Source: Candidatus Gottesmanbacteria bacterium (lineage in GTDB: Bacteria; Patescibacteriota; Microgenomatia; UBA10105; UBA927). Taken from it: a DNA stretch of 64,000 nt. The notes beneath the pieces are model-generated. The model made no database searches. It had not been told where the DNA came from and saw only the letters and a program-made list of their open reading frames with translations. The stretch's first letter is position 1. The number at the start of each line of letters is the position of its first letter. Position numbers and translations under genes: made by a program. Of the stretch, positions 30,222 to 38,989 are shown one piece after another. Location of the stretch: NCBI GenBank assembly GCA_963790805.1, contig CAWBPL010000002.1, positions 696-64,695 of the forward strand. Reading direction: 5' to 3'.

Positions 30222-30312
30222 CCTGAAAATCACGCTTTCGCGAGGCTAAAAAACAGGATTTGGAGTATAATAAGCTGTATTGCGGGATCGAAATTAATAT
30301 AGTGGGCAACGC

Positions 30313-30383
30313 TGCGGGATCGTATAATGGTAGTACGCATCCCTCTGGAGGATGTTATCTAGGTTCGAGTCCTAGTCCCGCAG
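30313..30383 (+). tRNA. tRNA-Gln (anticodon CTG)
   Basis: Manual cloverleaf: acceptor TGCGGGA/TCCCGCA (U1-A72, G73), D arm GTAT-AATGGTA-GTAC, anticodon arm CATCC-CTCTGGA-GGATG, T arm CTAGG-TTCGAGT-CCTAG. No encoded CCA. Confidence 0.85.
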
Positions 30384-30391
30384 CGTTGCCC

Positions 30392-30492
30392 AATACAAAT
30401 GGTAGTAAGTCCCGCTTTGCGGGATTATCTAGATTCGCCCGCCTGCAACGCTATGCGTAGCATTGCGGGCAGGAGTCCTAGTCCCGCAGCCA
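30392..30492 (+). other. degenerate tRNA-Gln-like copy with a 36-nt hairpin in the T loop and an encoded CCA
   Basis: Shares AATGGTAGTA, TTATCTAG and the 17-nt GAGTCCTAGTCCCGCAG with the tRNA. It lacks a 5' acceptor strand in register and lacks a 7-nt anticodon loop. Hairpin at 30438-30473. Confidence 0.45.
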
Positions 30493-30494
30493 AT

Positions 30495-30950
30495 ATGGAT
30501 ATTCAAATTAAAAAATCGACCGACACTGTCGCCGCATTAAGTATTGCCAAGAAAAATCCCCACTACTTCAATTCTCATGGCATAGAAATGATGGAAAAAG
30601 ATTTCAAAACAGCACTTCTCATAGGTGCCTATTCTGAAAATAAACTGTTAGGGTTAATCGCGTTTAAGGAGTTGAATGACAAGGCTGTAGAGCTCGCTTG
30701 GATAGCAGTAGATCCAGATTACCATGATGAAGGAATAGGTGCGCTCCTTGTAAACGAAGGCGTTAAATTACTCCCCAAAAAATATGTTGTTTGTGAAACA
30801 AAAACGTTATCGGAAATTGACCCCGATCCACAATACGCCAGAACGAGAAACTTTTACAAAAAGCTGGGATTTATACCATTAGAAACTATTAGTCCATATC
30901 CAGATTGGGGAAAAGACAATCCGTGTCAAATTTTTGTTAAGATTTTATAG
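30495..30950 (+). CDS. GNAT-family N-acetyltransferase
   Basis: ELAWIAVDPDYHDEGIGALLV (acetyl-CoA motif A). Start taken at MDIQIKK; upstream codons of the track ORF run through the tRNA-like DNA. Confidence 0.8.
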   Translation: MDIQIKKSTDTVAALSIAKKNPHYFNSHGIEMMEKDFKTALLIGAYSENKLLGLIAFKELNDKAVELAWIAVDPDYHDEGIGALLVNEGVKLLPKKYVVCETKTLSEIDPDPQYARTRNFYKKLGFIPLETISPYPDWGKDNPCQIFVKIL

Positions 30951-31059
30951 GATTAATTGGTGCTAGACCGGCACGCTCAGCACAACTTGAAATTCACGTA
31001 ACCGTACCCTCAAACTCCGCGGCTTTATAAAACCCGTTATTTATAATACACTCTTATCG

Positions 31060-32178
31060 ATGTTCAACAAGAAATTTCTGTTGTTGTTTACGTTTTATAT
31101 TTCGTACGTTTGGTTTACTACCTTTGGTACATCAATTCTTCCCACTCATTTCTTGGCACAGCATTTGAACCTGCAACAAATGATGTTCGGAGTAGTCTTA
31201 AAATTTGTTGCGCAAATAATATTAATAATTACATTAACAACGCTTACTGCAAAAAAATCTTGGCGGTTGGCTCTTATTTCATCACTGATCTATATTTTGC
31301 TTTCTATCTCGATTTACAATGCGTTTCAATTTTATGTCGCTTCCTTTATAAACGGTTTTACGATGTTTTTCTTCTATATCTTTTACAACATTGCCCATTT
31401 TGACCATACGCCTCGAGAAAAAAGAGGTCATAGTTCGGCATTAATGTTTATTGTCCCGAGTTTCATTGGAATTGTTGCCCCTCTTTTGGCTGGTTATATT
31501 GCTCAAATAAATCTCATTTCATTATGGATAATTTCTCTCGTTTCGTTCTTTATTTCCTTTTACATGGTCCGCTCGCAGGAAGATTTTCAAATATCATACA
31601 AGATTAAAACAGCAATAAAAGAAATAAAGGCAACGAGAGTATTTATTTTTGTGGAGGGAATTTGGGAAGCCTTGGTTTTTGGAGTTATTCCGATTTATAC
31701 TCTCTATTTTATAAAAACACCACTTAAATATGGTGCTTTTTTATCGTATCTCGCCTTCGTTAGCATTATAGCTAATTTTACCTTGGGTAAAATTACGGAC
31801 AAGCTGCAAAAGCGGACCATTTTTCTCTATCCATTAACAATTATTATGGCTTGTACGACTATACTGTTTATAGCGGTTAAATCAAATCTATTGAATTGGA
31901 TTATTTTGACGGGTATTATTCAGTTTTTATTACCTATATTTTGGAACGTATCAACGGCAATGGTAATAGATACACATTCCAATCTTCAGCTTGCAATACC
32001 CGGTAGGGAGTTTTTACTTGCGGCCGGTAGAATAGTAGGACTATTAATGGCATTTGCAAGTTTTACCATAGAGAAATCTCCGTATTATATTTTTATTGTT
32101 TTAGGCTTAATCTTTTTTTTATATCCAATCATGTTATTTTGGAATACAAAGATATCAAAAATGTATTCGTATCTATAA
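31060..32178 (+). CDS. MFS-like multi-pass membrane transporter
   Basis: About 12 TM, AT-rich, 372 aa. Confidence 0.55.
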   Translation: MFNKKFLLLFTFYISYVWFTTFGTSILPTHFLAQHLNLQQMMFGVVLKFVAQIILIITLTTLTAKKSWRLALISSLIYILLSISIYNAFQFYVASFINGFTMFFFYIFYNIAHFDHTPREKRGHSSALMFIVPSFIGIVAPLLAGYIAQINLISLWIISLVSFFISFYMVRSQEDFQISYKIKTAIKEIKATRVFIFVEGIWEALVFGVIPIYTLYFIKTPLKYGAFLSYLAFVSIIANFTLGKITDKLQKRTIFLYPLTIIMACTTILFIAVKSNLLNWIILTGIIQFLLPIFWNVSTAMVIDTHSNLQLAIPGREFLLAAGRIVGLLMAFASFTIEKSPYYIFIVLGLIFFLYPIMLFWNTKISKMYSYL

Positions 32179-32375
32179 TACAAATTCAAATTATTGTCTG
32201 AATCTGATTGAATTTTCTGGACGGTGACGCTAGGGAGAGAATCCATGTACAGCAGCCAACCGGACACCGTTCGGATTCACATCTTAAGAATCGCGGCAAA
32301 CATAATAAGTGAAATACTTATGTTTTGGTTTGCTGCGAAGTGGTCCCTTGACAACTGTTTTCTTGAAAGCGTAGG

Positions 32376-35300
32376 ATGGTAGAGATTGTGAGAAAACTAC
32401 TATACCTTCTCATTGTCTCGTTCTTTTTTATACCTCTCTCATCTGTTTTCGCCGCTACCGCTACCGTCCCTGTTACGTTCCGAAGCGTTGATTCCTGTTC
32501 ATCCAACAATGTCGCGTCCGGTAAATTCGGTGTTGATAACGGATGCACGTTTATAGCAATCGGCCAGCCGGATTTTAGCGCCATTCCATCAGGTTCGTTC
32601 ATAACTTCCGTAAGCATGAACTATTTAAACGGATCTAATCTCGTCCCTCCGTTTCCGCAGTCGAATTGGCCGGTAGCTGTATTTAGAAGTAAAAATAACA
32701 CATTAAATGATACGACCACGTTCGCTCAGGCAAATACGTCTAGCGATTTCACGCAATTCGGGACGGACCTTATTTTTAATGGTAATTTTTCGATTTCCGT
32801 TCCGGAATTTCAAAACCTGTTTAATTCCAATAAGGGATTTATTATTGAAAAAACAACATCAACCAATAATGAATTTTTATCATCGTTTGCTTCGTTTACG
32901 TTGAACGTAAGCTATTCACCTACCCCTACCCCCACACCTACGACCGGTTCCGTTACCGTTCCTGTTACATTCCGGAGCGTTGATTCCTGTTCATCCAACA
33001 ATGTCGCGTCCGGTAAATTCGGTGTTGATAACGGATGCACGTTTATAGCAATAGGCGAACCAGATTTTAGTTCGGTTCCGTCAGGGGTTACCATAACCTC
33101 CGTAAGTATGAACTATTTAAACGGTTCTAATCTCGTTCCGCCATACCCTCAATCGAATTGGCCGGTAGCAGTCTACAGAAGTACAAATACCATATTAAAC
33201 GACACTACAACATTTACCGAAGCGAATACCCCAAGTAATTTCGTTCAGTTCGGGACAGACTCTATTTTTAATGGTAACTTTTCGATTTCCGTTCCGGAAT
33301 TTCTAAACCTGTTTAATTCCAATAAGGGATTTATTATTGAAAAAACCACCACGACGAACAACGAATTTTTGTCATCGTTCGCTTGGTTTGCATTAACAGT
33401 GAATTATTCGATTTCAGAAACTCCCACACCGACACCAACGCCCACACCGACGCCTACTCCCACACCGACATTGACGCCAACTCCAACGCCCGCACCCTCT
33501 GTCACGTATACAAATCACATTCCTGCATTAGACGCTTCTCATGTAGTGAGCACCACGGATGCAGGCTATCCTGGCTATTCCGCTTTTAATTCATTTAACC
33601 CTACAGGTTCCAATATCGCCTCATGGGATATGAATATTGAATGGCTCACAAACCAGGCTACTTCCAATCAACGAATTAATGTTGATTTAGGAGACTCCTA
33701 TATTATTCGTAATATCTGGTACGTCAACGGTCACTACTTTAATGTGACTGATCCTGGTGCAAAAGACTTTACGTTTTGGGGTTCAAATTCACAATCTAGT
33801 TTTGCAACTGATTCATATAATAATGACACCGGATGGACCCAACTGCCCACCTCTGCCGATCATTTTGACGCGTATCCGCTTCCGGATACCGGAGAAAATG
33901 GAAACATAAACGTTTCCAATGATACGCCATACAGATATTATTCAATCAAAGTTGCCAACAACTATGGTAGTCCGTACTATATCGGTATTCGTCGGATTAT
34001 TTTACAAACCGAAGATGGATATGTTCCATCGTCTCCGACACCAACGCCAACCCTGACCCCGACGCCAACTCCAACGCCGACGCCAACGCCGACACTAACT
34101 CCAACACCCACACCGGCACCAGGCCACACGTTTACCGTCACGACAACCAACATGACCAATGACGGAGCATGTACGGACATCCTTTGTTCTCTTATTGACG
34201 CCATCAACGCAGCAAACGATGAAACGAATTATCCCGGGCCGAATACCATTAATTTAGCCACGGGCGCAACGTATAATTTTACGAACTATGACAATGCGTA
34301 TTACACGCCAACCGCGCTTCCCGTTATAACATCAACAATAACAATAAACGGTAATGGTTCAACACTGACGCGAGATCCATCGGCGTCTCCGTTTCGATTG
34401 ATTTATGAGATTTCACCAGGAAATTTGACGATGAATAATCTGACTGTTACGAACTTCTCTTCGACGAATTCAGGTGGAGCTATTTATAATTATCAGGGGC
34501 AATTGACTCTTAATAACACAACTTTTTCCAACAATTTAGTCCTTGGATCCGGAGGCGCAATTGCCAGTGATAACCTAACCGTCAGTCATAGTACATTTAC
34601 GGATAATGTTGCAAGGCCCGGAGGATTGGCTTGGGGTGGTGCCATTGCGACGGATGGAAACGGATCGATAAGTGACAGTACGTTTAGCGGAAATCTTGCA
34701 GATCGCGGCGGAGCGGTATCATATTGTGATGGAACGGAGACAGTGACGAATTCCACATTTAATAACAATACTGCGGTTAGCGGGGGCGGCTTCAGGAGTT
34801 GCGGAACATCAGCTATATCTAATAGCATATTTTCCAATAACTCAAGTACCGGAGGCGGAGGCGGAGCCATCGAGAACTACAGTCGACTCGATACGACGAG
34901 TGGCAACATGACCATTTCCGGATCGACGATTTCCGGCAATACTGCACCAAACGGCGACGGCGGAGCCATCCTAAATGAAGCCAATGGTATATTGACCATA
35001 TCTGACAGTATGGTAACGAATAACTCCGCCGGAAGCGCAGGGGTGCTTTATAATGATGCGTCCACTGCGACGATCACACATGTAACCATGACAAACAATT
35101 CCGCAACGAATCTCGCAGGGGCAATATTTACAAATCCTTCTAACACATTGGGAGGAATTTCCCTTTCAAACAGCACCATATCCAACAATACCGCCCTTAC
35201 CGCAGGAGCATTGTATGAGACAGGCGGGACCATCACTGTTTCTAATACCTCCATAACGAATAACGTGGCAACGTCCGGTAACGGAGGAGCGGTTCTCGTT

Positions 35301-36944
35301 CAATACGGTTTAAATGAAGGCGGTATGACGCAAATAAATAATAGCTGTATTTCGGGAAACAGTAATCAAAGCGTCAAAAATAATACGGGTGACACGTTGG
35401 ATTTCACCGGTAATTGGTGGGGCGCACCAGATGGCCCTTCTGGAGCAGGCTCAGGTTCGGGAGATTCCATAAGCAACAATGTAAACTATGCGTCCTTTTT
35501 AACCACGCCTCCGAATGGTTGTCCATACAACAATAATGTTACTCCGACCCCGACGCCAATACCTACAACACCAACCCCCACACCGACATCCTCCCCCACC
35601 CTTGCAATTGATACGGGTGGATCCGCAAGCGGCAATTTTCTTTCAGACACTGATTTCAGCGGCGGGCAACCATTTACATCAACGGCAAGTGTTGACACAA
35701 GTTCTCTCTCGAATCCCGCGCCACAAGCAGTCTACCAATCAGTCCGATACGGCAACTTTAGCTATACAATTCCAAATCTCACTGCGAATGCAGATTATAC
35801 CGTCCGGCTCCATTTCAATGAATTATATTGGGGAACATCGCTATCAGGTAACAGCGGAGGAATCGGAAGCAGGGTGTTTAATGTTTCAATGAACGGGCAG
35901 CAGGTTTTAAGTAACTTTGATATCTATCAGACGGCGGGAGGATCAAATATTGCAACCGTGCAGCAATTCCCGACAACCGCCGATGTAAACGGGAATGTGA
36001 CTATTCAATTCACGAGCGTTGTTGATAACGCTATGGTCAATGGAATAGAACTGTACAGCGGAATATTACCTTCTCCAACGCCAACTCCCACGCCGACACC
36101 TGTTTCCTCTCTTGCAATTGATACGGGTGGATCTGCAAGCGGCAATTTTCTTTCAGACACTGATTTCAGCGGCGGGCAAATGTATACATCTACAGATCCT
36201 GTGGATACCAGCGGAGTGTTAAATCCTGCTCCGCAATCAGTTTACCAGTCCGTCAGATACGGCAACTTTAGCTATACAATTCCCAATTTGTTTCCCAATA
36301 CAAACTATCTGGTAAAGCTTCACTTTAATGAGCTTTACTGGAATAGTGCAGGAAGCAGAGTATTCAATGTTTCGATTAACGGGCAGCAGGTTTTAACCAA
36401 CTTTGATATTTATCAGATGGCCGGCGGAAAAAACAAAGCGGTTGCAAGACAGTTTCTTGCCGCTTCAGATGCGACCGGCAAAGTCTCTCTCGTATTCTCG
36501 ACCGTTGTTGATAATGCCATGGTCAACGGTATTGAGCTTTCTTCGGCAAGTTCAATACAAACATATTCATTGACTGGTACCGTGTACGTCGATACGAATC
36601 AAAACGGCGTTCAAGATGCCGGAGAAAGCGGCTACAGTGGCGCTACGGTCACGCTGGATAACGGACAAAGCGCTGTGACAGATGCCGACGGTAATTATTC
36701 TTTTTCAAATCTGCCAACTGACATCTATACCGAAACGTTAACTCTTCCCGCAGGTTACACAACAACCACTACCGACCCTGCGAGCGTTACGTTAAACGCA
36801 AATACAACCCAAAATTTTGGAATAGCTCAGGGGAATATTGATATTAATGCCGGCGGAGCAAGTAGCGGCGATTTCCTCTCGGATAGGATTTTAGCGGCGG
36901 GCAACCATATACGACGACAAACGCTGTTGATACATCCGCCGTGA
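32376..36944 (+). CDS. giant exported multidomain surface protein
   Basis: Signal peptide, two ~150-aa repeats (one per 164-aa period incl. PT linker) of unknown type, discoidin-like region, Pmp-like beta-helix (GGAI/FxxN repeats), malectin domains (SVRYGNFSYTIPNL..HFNELYW..VDNAMVNGIEL) and an SdrD-B/CnaB-like domain (VYVDTNQNGVQD). The frame breaks near 36885. A GTG at 32388 is an alternative start. Confidence 0.85.
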   Translation: MVEIVRKLLYLLIVSFFFIPLSSVFAATATVPVTFRSVDSCSSNNVASGKFGVDNGCTFIAIGQPDFSAIPSGSFITSVSMNYLNGSNLVPPFPQSNWPVAVFRSKNNTLNDTTTFAQANTSSDFTQFGTDLIFNGNFSISVPEFQNLFNSNKGFIIEKTTSTNNEFLSSFASFTLNVSYSPTPTPTPTTGSVTVPVTFRSVDSCSSNNVASGKFGVDNGCTFIAIGEPDFSSVPSGVTITSVSMNYLNGSNLVPPYPQSNWPVAVYRSTNTILNDTTTFTEANTPSNFVQFGTDSIFNGNFSISVPEFLNLFNSNKGFIIEKTTTTNNEFLSSFAWFALTVNYSISETPTPTPTPTPTPTPTPTLTPTPTPAPSVTYTNHIPALDASHVVSTTDAGYPGYSAFNSFNPTGSNIASWDMNIEWLTNQATSNQRINVDLGDSYIIRNIWYVNGHYFNVTDPGAKDFTFWGSNSQSSFATDSYNNDTGWTQLPTSADHFDAYPLPDTGENGNINVSNDTPYRYYSIKVANNYGSPYYIGIRRIILQTEDGYVPSSPTPTPTLTPTPTPTPTPTPTLTPTPTPAPGHTFTVTTTNMTNDGACTDILCSLIDAINAANDETNYPGPNTINLATGATYNFTNYDNAYYTPTALPVITSTITINGNGSTLTRDPSASPFRLIYEISPGNLTMNNLTVTNFSSTNSGGAIYNYQGQLTLNNTTFSNNLVLGSGGAIASDNLTVSHSTFTDNVARPGGLAWGGAIATDGNGSISDSTFSGNLADRGGAVSYCDGTETVTNSTFNNNTAVSGGGFRSCGTSAISNSIFSNNSSTGGGGGAIENYSRLDTTSGNMTISGSTISGNTAPNGDGGAILNEANGILTISDSMVTNNSAGSAGVLYNDASTATITHVTMTNNSATNLAGAIFTNPSNTLGGISLSNSTISNNTALTAGALYETGGTITVSNTSITNNVATSGNGGAVLVQYGLNEGGMTQINNSCISGNSNQSVKNNTGDTLDFTGNWWGAPDGPSGAGSGSGDSISNNVNYASFLTTPPNGCPYNNNVTPTPTPIPTTPTPTPTSSPTLAIDTGGSASGNFLSDTDFSGGQPFTSTASVDTSSLSNPAPQAVYQSVRYGNFSYTIPNLTANADYTVRLHFNELYWGTSLSGNSGGIGSRVFNVSMNGQQVLSNFDIYQTAGGSNIATVQQFPTTADVNGNVTIQFTSVVDNAMVNGIELYSGILPSPTPTPTPTPVSSLAIDTGGSASGNFLSDTDFSGGQMYTSTDPVDTSGVLNPAPQSVYQSVRYGNFSYTIPNLFPNTNYLVKLHFNELYWNSAGSRVFNVSINGQQVLTNFDIYQMAGGKNKAVARQFLAASDATGKVSLVFSTVVDNAMVNGIELSSASSIQTYSLTGTVYVDTNQNGVQDAGESGYSGATVTLDNGQSAVTDADGNYSFSNLPTDIYTETLTLPAGYTTTTTDPASVTLNANTTQNFGIAQGNIDINAGGASSGDFLSDRILAAGNHIRRQTLLIHPP
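32466..33410 (+). repeat. tandem duplication of a ~150-aa N-terminal domain (period 492 nt)
   Basis: Copies start at 32466 and 32958 (VPVTFRSVDSCSSNNVASGKFGVDNGCTFIAIG). About 80 nt is identical, flanked by more diverged sequence. Confidence 0.9.
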
Positions 36945-37270
36945 CCGACCCTGCTCCGCAATCAGTTTACCAGTCAGTCAGATATGGCAACTTTGCCTAC
37001 ACAATTCCAAATCTGACACCGAACTCAAACTACACCGTCAGACTTCACTTTAATGAGCTTTATTGGAATAGTGCAGGAAACAGGTCGTTCAATGTCTCAA
37101 TTAACGGTTTACAGGTTTTAGCCAACTTTGATATCTATCAAGCTGTCGGAGGAGCGAATAAAGCAATCGTGGAAGAGTTTCCGGCAACGGTAGATGCAAA
37201 TGGGAATATTACCATTAATTTTGCTACGGTTACGGATAATGCCATGGTGAACGGCATAGAGTTAGTACCG
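35601..37270 (+). repeat. three malectin-domain repeats (starting 35601, 36111, ~36834)
   Basis: Recurrent cttgcaattgatacgggtgg..ggcaattttctttcagacactgatttcagcggcgggcaa blocks and matching protein repeats. Confidence 0.85.
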
Positions 37271-37273
37271 TAA
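36887..37273 (+). CDS. out-of-frame continuation of the giant protein (third malectin domain)
   Basis: In the +2 frame the sequence reads DFSGGQPYTTTNAVDTSAVTDPAPQSVYQSVRYGNFAYTIPNL.., collinear with malectin copies 1 and 2. Confidence 0.8.
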   Translation, partial: DFSGGQPYTTTNAVDTSAVTDPAPQSVYQSVRYGNFAYTIPNLTPNSNYTVRLHFNELYWNSAGNRSFNVSINGLQVLANFDIYQAVGGANKAIVEEFPATVDANGNITINFATVTDNAMVNGIELVP

Positions 37274-37297
37274 ATAAAAGTTTACTTCGGGGAAAAA

Positions 37298-37756
37298 CTA
37301 TTTCGTCACAATTATTTCGCCTGTTTGTGCGTGGTTTAGCTGATTGTGATATCCGTATGTGCCCGCCTTCGTAAACACATACACAACAGAAGAGCCAGTA
37401 TTGAACATTCCGAAGTTTAATTCTCGGTGTAACTGGTTGGTCGGATAATCATCAGAATTGACCGTTTGTTTGTCTCCACTCACGTTTTCCCACCTGACCG
37501 CTGTCCCTGTTTTGATTGTGACCAGTTTAGGAAAAAATCCATTCTTATCAAGCTTAACAATAACTTCCTTTGGCAAAACTGCGTTCGTTTTAAAGGATCG
37601 AGGAGATTTATTCTTAGCAAAGAAACCGAACCATGCCACTGCACCCAAAACGAACAAAATAATCACTGTTATAACAGGACGTATTTCCGTTTCATTCAAA
37701 AGGATTATAGCTTTTTTTCCAAAGAAGTAAATAATCACTCTATCAAACTCTATCAT
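37298..37756 (-). CDS. membrane-anchored cupredoxin-like protein lacking the Cys ligand
   Basis: V.IKTGTAVRWENVSGD..TKAGTYGYHNQLNHAQTGEIIV aligns with the plastocyanin-type pattern G.Y.Y.C..H..M.G, but Asn replaces Cys. Confidence 0.6.
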   Translation of the reverse strand: MIEFDRVIIYFFGKKAIILLNETEIRPVITVIILFVLGAVAWFGFFAKNKSPRSFKTNAVLPKEVIVKLDKNGFFPKLVTIKTGTAVRWENVSGDKQTVNSDDYPTNQLHRELNFGMFNTGSSVVYVFTKAGTYGYHNQLNHAQTGEIIVTK

Positions 37757-37828
37757 TTACTAAAACACATTTTTAAGGATCCTGACAGACAAACTCAACC
37801 AAAAGCGTCATTAAACAATCAGTACGGT

Positions 37829-38845
37829 TTACGCTATGACACTCAGTGTTGCATTTTGAAGCCTATTGAGAACCGATCGAACTGTTCGTACATTTACTCC
37901 TATTTCGTCCGCGATTATCCCTGCAGATCCTCTGCTTATGCTTCCTCTCCTTTTGATTTTTTCTAATACGGCAGCTTTTGTTTTATCTATATCAGATTGA
38001 GGATTAGCCAAATCTTCACGCTGCAGCAATTCGTAAATTTTTGAAATATTCTTATTATTATTAATAGTCAACCAGATCGACTTGAATATTTGACTCCATG
38101 TTTCAAAAGATTCTATTGTAAATCCATTATCAGCCGCTTTTGCCCGTATTTGATCAAAAGTCGGATAAAAATCATCAATCAACTCGACCGATGCTTTGTA
38201 TACAGCAATTTGCTTTGGAGTCAGGGCTGACAGTTGCATCATTTCTTCCGTATTTGAATGATTATTTTGAGTCCATTGAATTAATTTATACCAATCCGAG
38301 TCTGCTTTAATCCGCTGTTCTCTCGTAGCATACCGTGGTCTGGTAAAATCGTCTTCGAATAACACGTCAAGTACATTAGTCGTTTGCTTGTAGCGAAGGT
38401 TTAATGCATGAGATAATTCTTTTACAGTTGGAACTTTTTTATTTGAAGCGTAATAAGCGACAATCTCATTGACGACATATGATTCTTTTAAGGTCAACGA
38501 ACCTGCACAAAGCTTTCCATCCCGATGAAGTGTTATTAGCCGAAAAAATCTATTCCTTCGCTCATTAATCATGACACCTGAAGAATTTTCTTCCACGGAA
38601 AAACTATCAGCATCGTCAACGAGCTGCGCTATTGTTCTTTGTAATAACGGCGGTCGGCTCAGTTGACTCTCGATCTCTTTAAACGCTTTATTAAGATAAG
38701 TGAAAAAACTATCATTATTTATACCTATTGCAATTGCCCATTGCCTGATCGTCGAAAAATTTTGACCTAAATAACCATATCGGCGAAGGATACATTTTTT
38801 CTGAAGCGGCTCGAGAGTGTCAATGATTCCCATCAATTGCTCCAA
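37829..38845 (-). CDS. hypothetical protein with four sigma70-region-4-like HTH units
   Basis: Four units: LEPLQKKCILRRYGY..STIRQWAIAIGINNDSFFTYLNKAFKEI; LTLKESYVV..TVKELSHALNLRYKQTTNVLD; LTPKQIAVY..FDQIRAKAADNGFTIESF; SAGIIADEIGVNVRTVRSVLNRL. Confidence 0.6.
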   Translation of the reverse strand: MEQLMGIIDTLEPLQKKCILRRYGYLGQNFSTIRQWAIAIGINNDSFFTYLNKAFKEIESQLSRPPLLQRTIAQLVDDADSFSVEENSSGVMINERRNRFFRLITLHRDGKLCAGSLTLKESYVVNEIVAYYASNKKVPTVKELSHALNLRYKQTTNVLDVLFEDDFTRPRYATREQRIKADSDWYKLIQWTQNNHSNTEEMMQLSALTPKQIAVYKASVELIDDFYPTFDQIRAKAADNGFTIESFETWSQIFKSIWLTINNNKNISKIYELLQREDLANPQSDIDKTKAAVLEKIKRRGSISRGSAGIIADEIGVNVRTVRSVLNRLQNATLSVIA

Positions 38846-38989
38846 TCCTATACCGCTTTTAAAAATCCGACTCCGTAGTTCGTGATAAGAAGGTAAAGAT
38901 TCCGAATTGTGATTATTTTTTCCTTTGATTTCTGGCTCTACCCGTTCCCAATTAAACAGGGAAGCTCCCTCTTGGGATATTTCGCTTAA

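Noticed and set aside
30392-30492. Second tRNA-like element, considered as a functional tRNA (Lys-TTT or Gln-TTG).
   Set aside because: No 5' strand pairs with TCCCGCA in register. The anticodon region forms a 6-bp stem with a 3-nt loop, or a loop lacking U33. The T loop carries a 36-nt insert. I keep it only as a tRNA-like element.
33420-34115. Short periodic ccn-acn DNA repeats, considered as a possible CRISPR-like or tandem-repeat array.
   Set aside because: The period is 6 nt with no unique spacers, and the repeats always lie in frame inside exported-protein genes. They are low-complexity coding linkers, not CRISPR.
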